The notes under the pieces were generated by a model. That model did not search any database, was not told the DNA's origin, and saw only the letters and a program-made list of their open reading frames with translations. Of a stretch of DNA of 64,000 bases, positions 28,901 through 38,816 are shown one piece after another. The DNA comes from an uncultured Gammaproteobacteria bacterium (GTDB taxonomy: Bacteria > Patescibacteriota > Microgenomatia > Levybacterales > GWA1-39-11), in contig CAZXND010000002.1 in assembly GCA_964641355.1 (NCBI GenBank), forward strand, positions 1,005 through 65,004, read 5' to 3'. Each line of letters opens with the position of its first letter. Position 1 is the first letter of the stretch. The position numbers and the translations under genes are program-made.

Positions 28901-29206
28901 GAAAGCCGTATTTCTCATAAAATTTCAGAACTACATGGTGACAAGGAGGGTGTATCAATAAAAATTGGAGGCTTTGTTTCAAGCATTAAAAAAATTCTTA
29001 CAAAAAAGGGAAACAATGAGATGGCCTTTGTAACGCTTGAAGACCATTCGGGTTCTTTTTGTGAATGTGTTGTTTTTCCAAGAATTTATGAAAGCTTCAA
29101 AAACTTACTTCTAAGAGATTCTATTGTAATTATTGAAGGAAAACTACAGTTCAAAGATGAGAGACCTGTCGTCATTGTAGAGATGGTAAAAACTCTACCT
29201 AACTAA
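25976..29206 (+). CDS. dnaE: DNA polymerase III subunit alpha
   Basis: N-terminal PHP 'FVHLHNHSEYSLLDG', Pol IIIα core motifs and a C-terminal OB fold. 1076 aa. Confidence 0.95.
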   Translation: MAGFVHLHNHSEYSLLDGLSKFSPMVKRAKELGMNAIALTDHGNLYGTLKFYHECINQGIKPIIGCEMYLAKRSRLDKEQDIDSNYNHLILLAKNQEGYKNLIKLVSLGYLEGFYYKPRIDLELLEKYHNGLIALSACLNGYFADEILHGRMEEAEVKAEKLAQIFGEGNFYLELQKHPKIPDQEKLNDGLIKISKNLGLPLVATNDNHYINKEDADAQDILLAIQTQTTILDQNRPLRMIDSPDFYIKSTEEMREMFSDTLDAVENTQKIADKIDLTIETGKWVLPHYDVPNGMTHNDYLTKMIDEKLPTRYKEITQELKERIDYELSVITSKGYTTYFLIVQDFVNWAKNQGIAVGPGRGSVAGSVVAYILRITELDPIAYGLPFERFLNPHRPTPPDIDMDFADDKRDAVIEYVTQKYGKEKVAQIITFGTMEARAAVRDTGRALGMPYAGPDRIAKMIPPGAQGFPMSIEKAIELNPDLDRAYRTESDTKKLLDLAKKLEKVARHASTHAAGVIIADEDLTNYTPLQKEVNGEKIITQYDMYDLDMNISDHALGLLKIDFLGLRNLTIIQNALNFIKVNQGKEIDLSKLTLDDSEVFKTISSGETTGIFQLESSGMRRLAKDLRPSKISDLSAMIALFRPGPMAWIDDFIQAKNYAGKVNYPHPDLKPILEETYGIAVYQEQCMMIANRMASYTMAEADNLRKAIGKKKPELMKKEREKFIAGCLKNNYSQKIAEDVFSLIEKFVGYGFNKAHSASYAIIAYHTGFLKTYYPVEFMTAVLTAESRGSSGPVRNEKISQAISECKRLKIEVLPPSLNKSVAEFSIEDGKKIRFGLSAIKNVGGAAIGTILEARTKGSFVSFTDFLRRVDLSKVNKKTLESLIKAGGMDEFGKRSVLLSSFGLLVDKINKEEKQKIKNQASLFGDDEAVIVSSIDKFDIDIEEFTEKEKLMFEKELLGFFLTNHPLSQEVGRIESRISHKISELHGDKEGVSIKIGGFVSSIKKILTKKGNNEMAFVTLEDHSGSFCECVVFPRIYESFKNLLLRDSIVIIEGKLQFKDERPVVIVEMVKTLPN

Positions 29207-29215
29207 GAAAACTTC

Positions 29216-29243
29216 TTGACGATCCTCGTGTATTTATTATAAA
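29216..29243 (+). promoter_or_regulatory. putative sigma70-type promoter of the atp operon (TTGACG-N16-TATAAA)
   Basis: -35 TTGACG at 29216-29221 and -10 TATAAA at 29238-29243, about 65 nt upstream of atpB. Confidence 0.45.
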
Positions 29244-29308
29244 ATAGCTTTAAATACCCAACATCGTGATTTGGCGATGCGGTATTTTTTTAATTAAAAA
29301 TATTATCA

Positions 29309-30049
29309 ATGACCACAATAGAACCTGAGATTATCTACAAGTTTCTTGGTTTTAATATTACAAATACCATTATTGCAACACTTCTCACCGACTCTATAAT
29401 TCTTTTTGTCATTTACAAAATTCACAAAAATGTTAAATCAATTCCGGGCAAAATACAAAGCATCGCAGAAATGATAATAGATTACTTCTATACAACAACC
29501 GAACAGATTGCTGGAAACAGAACAAAGTCGATTTTTCCCTGGTTTATGAGCTTCTTCTTATACATATTCTTTGCTAATTTCCTTGGTCTTTTTCCGGGTT
29601 TTGGTTCGATAGGCATTTTTGAACACGGACATGAAGGAAAAACACTTATCCCAATCCTTCGCGCTTCAACCAGTGATTTTAACACCACCCTTGCTCTTGC
29701 TATTATTTCACTTGTAGCTACTCACGCTCTAAGTATTAAATATAATGGAATCAAGGACTACTTAAAAAGATTCTTTTCTTTTAATCCGATTTTACTATTT
29801 GTGGGTTTATTAGAACTTGTTTCAGAATTAACTAAAGTATTTTCGCTTTCTTTCAGACTATTCGGTAACATTTTTGCAGGAGAAGTTGTACTAGCAACAA
29901 TCTCCTCTCTTGCAGCCTATGTTGCACCTATTCCCTTCTTGCTTCTTGAATCTATAGTTGCTATAGTTCAAGCACTAGTTTTCTCAATGCTGACAATGGT
30001 TTTTATGTCTATACTAACATCGCCACACAGTGAAGGAGGTGAGCATTAA
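29309..30049 (+). CDS. atpB: F0F1 ATP synthase subunit a
   Basis: 'LSFRLFGNIFAGE' with the conserved Arg, and 5-6 TM segments. Confidence 0.9.
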   Translation: MTTIEPEIIYKFLGFNITNTIIATLLTDSIILFVIYKIHKNVKSIPGKIQSIAEMIIDYFYTTTEQIAGNRTKSIFPWFMSFFLYIFFANFLGLFPGFGSIGIFEHGHEGKTLIPILRASTSDFNTTLALAIISLVATHALSIKYNGIKDYLKRFFSFNPILLFVGLLELVSELTKVFSLSFRLFGNIFAGEVVLATISSLAAYVAPIPFLLLESIVAIVQALVFSMLTMVFMSILTSPHSEGGEH

Positions 30050-30051
30050 TT

Positions 30052-30258
30052 ATGGAGTTCTCAATTACAGGAGGACTTGTTGTAGCTCTTGGAGGTTTAG
30101 CCCCATCACTAGCTATTGCAATAATCGGACTCAAGGCAATGGAAGCTATCGGAAGAAATCCTGAAGCATCGTCTAGAATTTTACCAGGAATGCTTCTTGG
30201 AATGGCATTTGCTGAAGCTATTGCTATTTATTCGCTAATTCTTGCTTTCCTTAAATAG
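30052..30258 (+). CDS. atpE: F0F1 ATP synthase subunit c
   Basis: 68-aa hairpin proteolipid 'GLAIAIIGLKAMEAIGRNPEA...AFAEAIAIYSL' with the conserved carboxylate Glu. Confidence 0.9.
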   Translation: MEFSITGGLVVALGGLAPSLAIAIIGLKAMEAIGRNPEASSRILPGMLLGMAFAEAIAIYSLILAFLK

Positions 30259-30273
30259 TTCTAAGGTATTATT

Positions 30274-30783
30274 ATGGAAATTTTAAAAGAGTTTGGCTTT
30301 GATCCAGCCTTGTTCTTTGCTCAAATAGTAAATTTCTTGATCTTAGCTTTTATATTTAAAAGGTTTTTATACAAACCCATTCTTAAGGTTTTAAAAGATA
30401 GACAAGATAAGATCAAAAAAAGCATCGAGGACGCAGAAAATGCGAGAGTTTCGCTTGAGAATGCTAATTCTGAGCGAGACGAAATAATAAAGCGCGCTGG
30501 AAATGAAGCTGAAAAAATAATTGAAGAAACAAGAATCACGGCCTCAGAAATTAAAAACAAAATCCTTGAAGAGGCAAAAAGTGAATCAGATAAAATAATT
30601 AAAGACGCAAAAGAGCAAGCTAGGCTTGAAATGGAAAAAATGGAAGGTAAAGTAGGAGAAATGTCACTTAATCTTTCAGAGAAGATACTTGAAAAAGTCT
30701 TAGGAGGAGTATTCACTGAAAGCGAAAAGAAACAAATCCTAAGAAAGGGAGTAGAAAAAATTTCAAAGTTAAATGTCGACTAG
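30274..30783 (+). CDS. atpF: F0F1 ATP synthase subunit b
   Basis: Single N-terminal TM segment followed by a long charged helix. Position fits the operon order. Confidence 0.8.
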   Translation: MEILKEFGFDPALFFAQIVNFLILAFIFKRFLYKPILKVLKDRQDKIKKSIEDAENARVSLENANSERDEIIKRAGNEAEKIIEETRITASEIKNKILEEAKSESDKIIKDAKEQARLEMEKMEGKVGEMSLNLSEKILEKVLGGVFTESEKKQILRKGVEKISKLNVD

Positions 30784-30792
30784 CTAGTAAAA

Positions 30793-31143
30793 ATGAAAAA
30801 AAGAGAAATTAAAGAATTAGCAAAACTTTTGGTAGCAAATGATAAAATTGCACCAAAAACAGCTGAATACATTCTTAACAACCTAAGCAAAAAAGATCTT
30901 AAAGATCTACTCTTCTCCTTAAGAGTTGAAGGGCAAAAGAGAAGAGTTGTAATAAAAACAAGTGAGGAAATCGATGATAGCACCAAAATGCAACTTGAAG
31001 AAAGATTTGACGGGAGAGATATTGTTTGGGAGGAAGACGAAAATTTAGGCGGAGGAATTATCATAGAAGATGCAGATGATACAATGGATTTTAGCATGAG
31101 AAGTTTGATTAAAAAAACTGTTGATGAACTAAAAAGTAATTAA
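30793..31143 (+). CDS. atpH: F0F1 ATP synthase subunit delta (short, 116 aa)
   Basis: Operon position is between b and alpha. The C-terminal '[21 protein letters not shown]' resembles the delta C-terminal domain. The N-terminal domain is strongly reduced. Confidence 0.6.
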   Translation: MKKREIKELAKLLVANDKIAPKTAEYILNNLSKKDLKDLLFSLRVEGQKRRVVIKTSEEIDDSTKMQLEERFDGRDIVWEEDENLGGGIIIEDADDTMDFSMRSLIKKTVDELKSN

Positions 31144-31153
31144 CATAATTAAA

Positions 31154-32662
31154 ATGAAACCAGAAGATTTAATTGCACAAATAGAAAAAAGGCTTAATGA
31201 AGTCAGCGTCTCTGCAGAGGTAACAAACAAAGGAGTGGTCGAAACTGTTGGGGACGGAATAGTAAAAGCAACAGGACTATCAAAGGCAGGATTCGGTGAA
31301 GAAGTAGAGTTTGAGGATGGAACCCGAGGTCTTGTACTTAACCTTGATGAGGACTATACATCAATAATTCTTCTTTCAGAAGGAAAAAACTTGAAAGAAG
31401 GAGACAAGGTTAAAACGACAGGAAGAATTTTAAGTGTGAAAGTAGGAGATTTCCTCTTAGGCAGAGTCGTAAACCCTCTTCTTGCCCCGCTTGATGGAAA
31501 AGCTTTAAATACAACCAAGGGAAAAGATTATCCTCTTGAAAAAATCGCCCCAGGAGTTGTGGAAAGAACTCCAGTATCAGAACCTATTAAAACCGGTATA
31601 AAAGCAGTTGATGGGATGATTCCAATCGGAAGAGGACAAAGAGAGCTTATCATTGGAGACAGAAGTACTGGAAAAACCGCTATAGCAATCGACACTATTA
31701 TAAACCAGAAAAAGCGCGATTTAGGTCTTAAACAAGTTATATGCATATACTGTGCAATTGGCCAAAAAAGAGGAAATATTGCACGTACCGTTGCTGTTCT
31801 TTCTGAAAAAGGTGCTATTGATTATTCTGTAGTTGTAGCAGCAAGTGCATCAGACCCAGCCTCACTTCAATACCTTGCTCCGTATACCGCAACAAGTATA
31901 GCAGAATACTTTATGGATGAAGGAAAAGATGTTCTGATAGTATATGACGATCTTTCTAAACACGCATGGGCATATCGCCAAATATCACTACTCTTAAGAC
32001 GTCCTGCAGGGCGTGAAGCATATCCAGGAGACGTATTTTACCTTCATTCAAGACTTCTTGAGCGTGCATCCAAACTAAAAAAGGGTGGGTCAATAACTGC
32101 TCTACCAATTATAGAAACACAAGCTGGAGATATTTCTGCCTATATTCCAACGAATGTTATTTCGATCACTGATGGACAAATTTTTCTTGAAACAGATCTT
32201 TTCAATTCAGGAATCAGACCAGCAATCAATATAGGACTTTCTGTTTCAAGAGTAGGAGGAGCAGCTCAAACAAAAGCAATGAAACAAGTAGGAGGGCCTT
32301 TAAAACTTGAACTGGCACAATTTAGAGAACTCGCAGCCTTTGCGCAATTTGGAGCAGATCTTGACGAAGCAACGCAAAAAAGCATTGAAAGAGGTAAAAG
32401 AGTTCTTGAGGTCATGAAACAACCACAGTATCAGCCTCTTGACGAAGCGTCAGAACTTATTGCTATTTTTGCAGCAACCTCAGGTGTTTTAGACGACCTA
32501 TCCGTTGAAAAGGTCGCAGAGTTTGAAGCAAAATCCGTTGACTACGTTAGAGTAAAAAACAAGAAGTTATTTGAAAAACTAGCTGCAGGTGAAAAAATGG
32601 ATGATAAAACAACGGAAGAACTTACAAAAACATTAGAAGAATTTAAAAAAACCTTAAAATAA
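31154..32662 (+). CDS. atpA: F0F1 ATP synthase subunit alpha
   Basis: P-loop '[11 protein letters not shown]' and 'DDLSKHA'. 502 aa. Confidence 0.95.
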   Translation: MKPEDLIAQIEKRLNEVSVSAEVTNKGVVETVGDGIVKATGLSKAGFGEEVEFEDGTRGLVLNLDEDYTSIILLSEGKNLKEGDKVKTTGRILSVKVGDFLLGRVVNPLLAPLDGKALNTTKGKDYPLEKIAPGVVERTPVSEPIKTGIKAVDGMIPIGRGQRELIIGDRSTGKTAIAIDTIINQKKRDLGLKQVICIYCAIGQKRGNIARTVAVLSEKGAIDYSVVVAASASDPASLQYLAPYTATSIAEYFMDEGKDVLIVYDDLSKHAWAYRQISLLLRRPAGREAYPGDVFYLHSRLLERASKLKKGGSITALPIIETQAGDISAYIPTNVISITDGQIFLETDLFNSGIRPAINIGLSVSRVGGAAQTKAMKQVGGPLKLELAQFRELAAFAQFGADLDEATQKSIERGKRVLEVMKQPQYQPLDEASELIAIFAATSGVLDDLSVEKVAEFEAKSVDYVRVKNKKLFEKLAAGEKMDDKTTEELTKTLEEFKKTLK

Positions 32663-32664
32663 AT

Positions 32665-33516
32665 ATGGCACAAAATTTACTATCACTTAAAGCAAGAAGA
32701 AATACCGCACAAAACATCGCACAAATTGCAAAGGCAATGGAAATGATCGCTGCATCAAAAATTAAAAGAGCACAGAATACAGTTGAAACACATAAGCCCT
32801 ACGCTCAAAAAATATCAGAATTAACCTCTAGATTACTATCGAATGTCAACCGCAAAACCTACAAAAATGTTTATTTAGAAAGTAATTCTTCTGAAAAAAG
32901 ATTATTAATTCTTATAACACCAGACCGAGGACTTTGTGGCTCGCTAAACACAAATATAGCAAAAAAGTTTTTCGAAATAGAAAAAGAGAATACGCTAATA
33001 GTCACTCTTGGAAAAAGAGGAGAGAGAATTGCATCTAGACTTGGATTTGAGATAGTTGCATCTTTTCCTATGGGCACAAGACTCCCGGATTACTCTACTA
33101 CATATCAGCTTCTTAAAATTATAGAAGAATACTTTACTAGTGGAAAAGTCTCATCGGTTGACTTCCTTTTTCCTGAATTTGATTCCATCTTCTCTCAAAT
33201 TCCAAAAGTAGAACGACTTCTTCCACTCATCGCTCCTATGGAAAAAGAAGACATGGATACTATTTTTAAATTTGAACCAAATATAAAAACTATGCTTGAT
33301 GCATTAATTCCTCACCTTATAGAAATTAGAATTTTTGATACAATTGTACAATCCTATACATCTGAGCAAGCTGCCAGAATGATTGCGATGCAAAATGCGA
33401 AAAACAACGCCAGAGATGTTGCATCCTATCTTACTCTTTTGTATAACAAAAGCCGACAAGAAAAAATTACAAACGAACTTTTGGATATTTCAAATAGTCA
33501 AACCTTAAGTGCTTAA
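32665..33516 (+). CDS. atpG: F0F1 ATP synthase subunit gamma
   Basis: 'LKARRNTAQNIAQIAKAMEMIAASKIKRAQ' N-terminal helix and the C-terminal 'TNELLDI' helix. Confidence 0.9.
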   Translation: MAQNLLSLKARRNTAQNIAQIAKAMEMIAASKIKRAQNTVETHKPYAQKISELTSRLLSNVNRKTYKNVYLESNSSEKRLLILITPDRGLCGSLNTNIAKKFFEIEKENTLIVTLGKRGERIASRLGFEIVASFPMGTRLPDYSTTYQLLKIIEEYFTSGKVSSVDFLFPEFDSIFSQIPKVERLLPLIAPMEKEDMDTIFKFEPNIKTMLDALIPHLIEIRIFDTIVQSYTSEQAARMIAMQNAKNNARDVASYLTLLYNKSRQEKITNELLDISNSQTLSA

Positions 33517-34920
<1,404 letters not shown>

Positions 34921-34937
34921 CTTTGTTCTGACGTTTT

Positions 34938-35363
34938 ATGGACAAAATTTTGGCAGTAGAAATATCATCCCCAGAAGGTATAATCTTACGAGATACTGCA
35001 AGTGAAGTAGTTGTTCCCACCGATCAAGGTGAAACTGTTATTCTTCCCCTGCACACTCCTATCTATATCCAACTTAGCGAAGGGGAAGTAATCGTTAAGT
35101 CGGAAAAACAAGAGACATCGATTGCAATTACTGGAGGATTTTTAGAAGTTGAAAACAATAAGGTAACAATTCTATCAGACTATGCAATAAAATCAGAAAA
35201 GATTGAAAGGATGAGAGCTGAAGAAGCAAAAATGAGAGCTGAAGAAGCAATGAGGAACAGAGCAGAAAATGAAAATATGTACGAGGCTGAAAAAGACATG
35301 CGAAGAGCACTTTTGGAGTTAAAAGTAGCAGATAAAATTCGGAAGAAGCAAAAAACAATGTAG
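34938..35363 (+). CDS. atpC: F0F1 ATP synthase subunit epsilon
   Basis: N-terminal beta-sandwich 'LAVEISSPEGIIL...VVVPTDQGE' followed by a C-terminal helical region with an internal RAEEA repeat. Confidence 0.85.
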   Translation: MDKILAVEISSPEGIILRDTASEVVVPTDQGETVILPLHTPIYIQLSEGEVIVKSEKQETSIAITGGFLEVENNKVTILSDYAIKSEKIERMRAEEAKMRAEEAMRNRAENENMYEAEKDMRRALLELKVADKIRKKQKTM

Positions 35364-35367
35364 CATT

Positions 35368-36066
35368 ATGCCATACTCAAGACTCTCAAGACGAATAGAG
35401 AATAAGAGTAAAAAACAAACCTATTTTTTTTTAGGTGGGATATTAATTATTGTTGTTTTTCTTTTCAAGTTTGGAGTCCCCACGCTCGAAATACTTACCA
35501 ACGCTTTATCTAGAAATAAAGGAAACAACTTAAGTGTTGCAGGTAAAGAATTTTTAGAACCACCTTCATTAATAATTCCCGAAGCTACAAATAGTGCAAT
35601 CTTGATTGTTAATGGAACAGCACCAGATGATAGTGGAGAAATTGAAATTTATGTTAACTCTAACCTTGAAAACACAATGACATTGGACCAAATGGGATTT
35701 AATATGAAGGTTTCTTTAAAAAACGGCGATAATTCTATTAAAGCAAGATACGTAAAGGGAGACAAAAAGAGTGAGTTTAGCGAAGAATACCACGTAAGCT
35801 TTGTTAAAGGAGAACCCAAGCTAGAAATATCTAATCCACGCGATGGAGATCATTTCACAAAAGCTGATCAGCAAATTTTAGTTAGTGGAATTACTGATTC
35901 AGAAAACACTGTAACTGTAAATGGTTTTGTTGCAATAGTAGATACTAGCGGAAACTTCACTTATAATCTAAATCTTTCCGAAGGAGATAACGATATAAAA
36001 ATAGCAGCAACAAATCCTGCAGGTAATACCACAACTAAAACTATGAAAGTTAATTATTCCAAATAA
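35368..36066 (+). CDS. hypothetical membrane-anchored protein with beta-sandwich (Ig-like) repeats
   Basis: N-terminal TM segment. Repeated 'NG..D.SG.F.Y.L.LSEG.N.I' segments are typical of bacterial Ig-like domains. Confidence 0.4.
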   Translation: MPYSRLSRRIENKSKKQTYFFLGGILIIVVFLFKFGVPTLEILTNALSRNKGNNLSVAGKEFLEPPSLIIPEATNSAILIVNGTAPDDSGEIEIYVNSNLENTMTLDQMGFNMKVSLKNGDNSIKARYVKGDKKSEFSEEYHVSFVKGEPKLEISNPRDGDHFTKADQQILVSGITDSENTVTVNGFVAIVDTSGNFTYNLNLSEGDNDIKIAATNPAGNTTTKTMKVNYSK

Positions 36067-37269
36067 TTAGCTTTTATGATCAACATTCTCACTCGTTAGC
36101 AAACCAGACAATAAAAAAAGGAAACATGCTATAAATGGAAAAAAAATTGTATTTTCAAATAAACCTTGCACCAAAACAGCAGTAATTACTCCCAAAAATA
36201 ACCCCCTTCTCTCTCTATCGATATCTTCAAATACAGAGGTAATAAAAATTCTAACAAAATTAAAAAATAGCAAAGTTCCAAAGATACCCGAGGTTGCCAA
36301 AAGAAAAATATAACTATTTGCAACTCCTGCACCAGCATTTGAGCTCTTCCACTTTTTATCCGTTAAAAAACCGTATTTATTTTGTGCATACCTAAAAGAA
36401 TTAAAACCTGATCCAATTAAAGGGCTTTTATTAAAGACCCTTAAACCAGTTTTATAACTCTCACCTCTTGCAACTATAGAGGCCGTTCTAAGAACATTAA
36501 CCCCTTCACTTTTCAAGTCGTGAGGAACAATAAGTATTCCAAGCAAAACTACTACTAGAAAGGGGACTAGTATTTTTTTTCTACCTAAGTATATTAAGTA
36601 AACAATTCCTGAAATGATTAAAGCAGTATATGATGACCTAGAATAAGTTAAAAATATAGAAATCAAAGTAAGAAAAATAGCAAATAAATAAAAGAATTTC
36701 AGTTTTTCCTTAAATTTATTTAATAAGTATAAAAATAAGAATAGGGATAAAATCAAGAATGATCCAGTAAAATTAGGATCAAAAAAAGTTGAGAATAGTC
36801 TATATAAGTGTTCATCCCATCCTAAATAAGTCAAAGGTCTAAGATCAGAAAAGAAAAAATATTGAGACATACCAATTAAGACAAAAATAAAAGTCGATAA
36901 TGACAAATAAAGTAGACACTTTTTTTTAAAAGAGGAATCTAAAAAATAAGAAACATAAAACACTGAAAATATTGCAATGTATCTTATAAGGTAAGATAGT
37001 GAAATAAGAAATGTAAGAATATTTAACTTAAGAAGATTAATATTTACTACTAAAGAGATAAGTGAAAATAAACAAAAAAATGCAAAAGCAATAGTAGTTT
37101 TTAAATAAGCTATCTTTTTTGTTTTATATGATATAAAAATCGAATATGCAAAAATTAGTCCAAGTAATACATCAAGAGGATAGATGTAAACTGAGTCCAT
37201 GGGGTTTATTCGTACGATAGCCCCCAAGGGAAGAATTACTAGCAATAAAAGTAAAAAAAGCTTTAGCAT
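36067..37269 (-). CDS. O-antigen ligase family (Wzy_C) membrane protein
   Basis: About 10 TM segments. 'YSRSSYTALI' and 'AGVANSYIFLLATSGIFGTLLF' match the Wzy_C loop/helix consensus (H-N-x-Y-L..E.GiiG). Confidence 0.6.
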   Translation of the reverse strand: MLKLFLLLLLVILPLGAIVRINPMDSVYIYPLDVLLGLIFAYSIFISYKTKKIAYLKTTIAFAFFCLFSLISLVVNINLLKLNILTFLISLSYLIRYIAIFSVFYVSYFLDSSFKKKCLLYLSLSTFIFVLIGMSQYFFFSDLRPLTYLGWDEHLYRLFSTFFDPNFTGSFLILSLFLFLYLLNKFKEKLKFFYLFAIFLTLISIFLTYSRSSYTALIISGIVYLIYLGRKKILVPFLVVVLLGILIVPHDLKSEGVNVLRTASIVARGESYKTGLRVFNKSPLIGSGFNSFRYAQNKYGFLTDKKWKSSNAGAGVANSYIFLLATSGIFGTLLFFNFVRIFITSVFEDIDRERRGLFLGVITAVLVQGLFENTIFFPFIACFLFLLSGLLTSENVDHKS

Positions 37270-38816
37270 TACCTTATTTGATACAGTTTAGCATGGGTAA
37301 GATCGTTTTCATATATCTTTTGGTAATTTTTTAATTCAGAAGGAAATGCATCGCCGATAGTGAGTATATAGTTGAACCTGTCTTTTCTATTTGCGAATGA
37401 CTCGTGGGTGAATGGAAAATCAACATAATATAGATTGTGACCACCGAAAATCAATACCTTTTGATCATGCGTCAATTTTTTAATTATTCCACCCTGATCT
37501 AAAAAGTCTCCAAATTCGAAGTTTAAGTGCTTTTCAAGAAAGTCTTCTTGAGTTTCCTTACCTAAAACAACAGGAATAAATTTCAAATTAGCGACAGACC
37601 TATACCCTATCGAAATTAGAGAACATACAATCACCAATAAAATTAGATACTTGCTTAGAAGTCTGTTCTTAATTTTACTGAATGTTAGAACACAAAGTAC
37701 AGAAAAAACAGGCAAATAAGGAAGAATAAATCTTCCGCCACCGGTTCTCGGAGTCAGATACCAAATGACTAGTGCGCAAAGTGAGTACAACAATAATAAT
37801 TTTTCCTCTTTGCTAAAACTTCTTAATAGGTAAAAAGTGAGCGGAATAAATATTATATATATTGGAGAAATTGGATCTGCTGCATTCAGAAATAACGTAT
37901 AGAGTTCCTTTGGTAAATCTTGCAAAGATATAACTGGGCTTACCTCATAAATCGAAGAGAAAAATGGGTAAAAGGGATTTCCGGTCGATAAAAATGAATA
38001 AACAAAATAAGGTAATGGTATTAATAAAGAGAAGAAAACGAATTGTAAACAATCTATGATAGTTATCCTTATTTTCTTGCCATTTTTGTAGAAGATTAAG
38101 ACTAAAAATATAAATATTGATCCTATCACAAGAACCTTTGTCGCTATGGCAAAACCTAATGAAATAGCTGCAAAAATTAGATATTTATCTTTTTTGCTTT
38201 TCGAATAAAGAATAAATGCATAAATAGCCAAGACCTCGTAAAGGCTTCTTCCTAGATCTACATACGCAGTAATCGTTTCCCATCCGACAACTAAATTCGA
38301 GTAAAAAATTAATACAGCAAGTAGAGCAGGAGTTTTAGAAACAAACTGACGCGAAAACTTATAAATGGCTAATAAACATAATATTCCAAGAAAAAAATGA
38401 ATAATTTTGGCACCTGCTGCACCTAGCATCAAAATCCCCGGAATATATAGATTTTCGACAAGTTTAGACATAACAGAATAATAGTAAACCCCACCGGGGA
38501 TAAAAAATATTTTGGATTCTTGAATAAATATTTTAGGAAGAGTTAGATGGTACCAAAGAGAATCAAAAGATATTTCAGGTCCCAATACTCCAATAAAGTT
38601 AATTGCAGTTTGTATCAATATCAATGCGAGAATAAAAAAATCTAACTTTGACCCTAGTCTAAATTTAAATCTTTCTTTTCTCGTAAAAAAAGTGATCACT
38701 AACAAAAAATAAAACGCCGAAACAACTATAATTTGCAAAGTCTTCAACCACCCAAAAAGACCTAAAAAGTAAATAATATAAGAGTAAATTCCGATTGAAA
38801 TTGGTAGTATAAACAT
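37269..38816 (-). CDS. polytopic membrane protein, putative GT-C glycosyltransferase
   Basis: 515 aa with more than 10 TM segments. The loop 'FDSLWYHLTLPKIFI' only weakly resembles the ArnT/PMT first loop. Confidence 0.4.
   Translation of the reverse strand: MFILPISIGIYSYIIYFLGLFGWLKTLQIIVVSAFYFLLVITFFTRKERFKFRLGSKLDFFILALILIQTAINFIGVLGPEISFDSLWYHLTLPKIFIQESKIFFIPGGVYYYSVMSKLVENLYIPGILMLGAAGAKIIHFFLGILCLLAIYKFSRQFVSKTPALLAVLIFYSNLVVGWETITAYVDLGRSLYEVLAIYAFILYSKSKKDKYLIFAAISLGFAIATKVLVIGSIFIFLVLIFYKNGKKIRITIIDCLQFVFFSLLIPLPYFVYSFLSTGNPFYPFFSSIYEVSPVISLQDLPKELYTLFLNAADPISPIYIIFIPLTFYLLRSFSKEEKLLLLYSLCALVIWYLTPRTGGGRFILPYLPVFSVLCVLTFSKIKNRLLSKYLILLVIVCSLISIGYRSVANLKFIPVVLGKETQEDFLEKHLNFEFGDFLDQGGIIKKLTHDQKVLIFGGHNLYYVDFPFTHESFANRKDRFNYILTIGDAFPSELKNYQKIYENDLTHAKLYQIR

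Noticed and set aside
30321-31097. Antisense ORFs (131 aa and 105 aa) inside atpF/atpH
   Set aside because: They are Ser-rich, low-complexity frames opposite well-supported ATP synthase genes.
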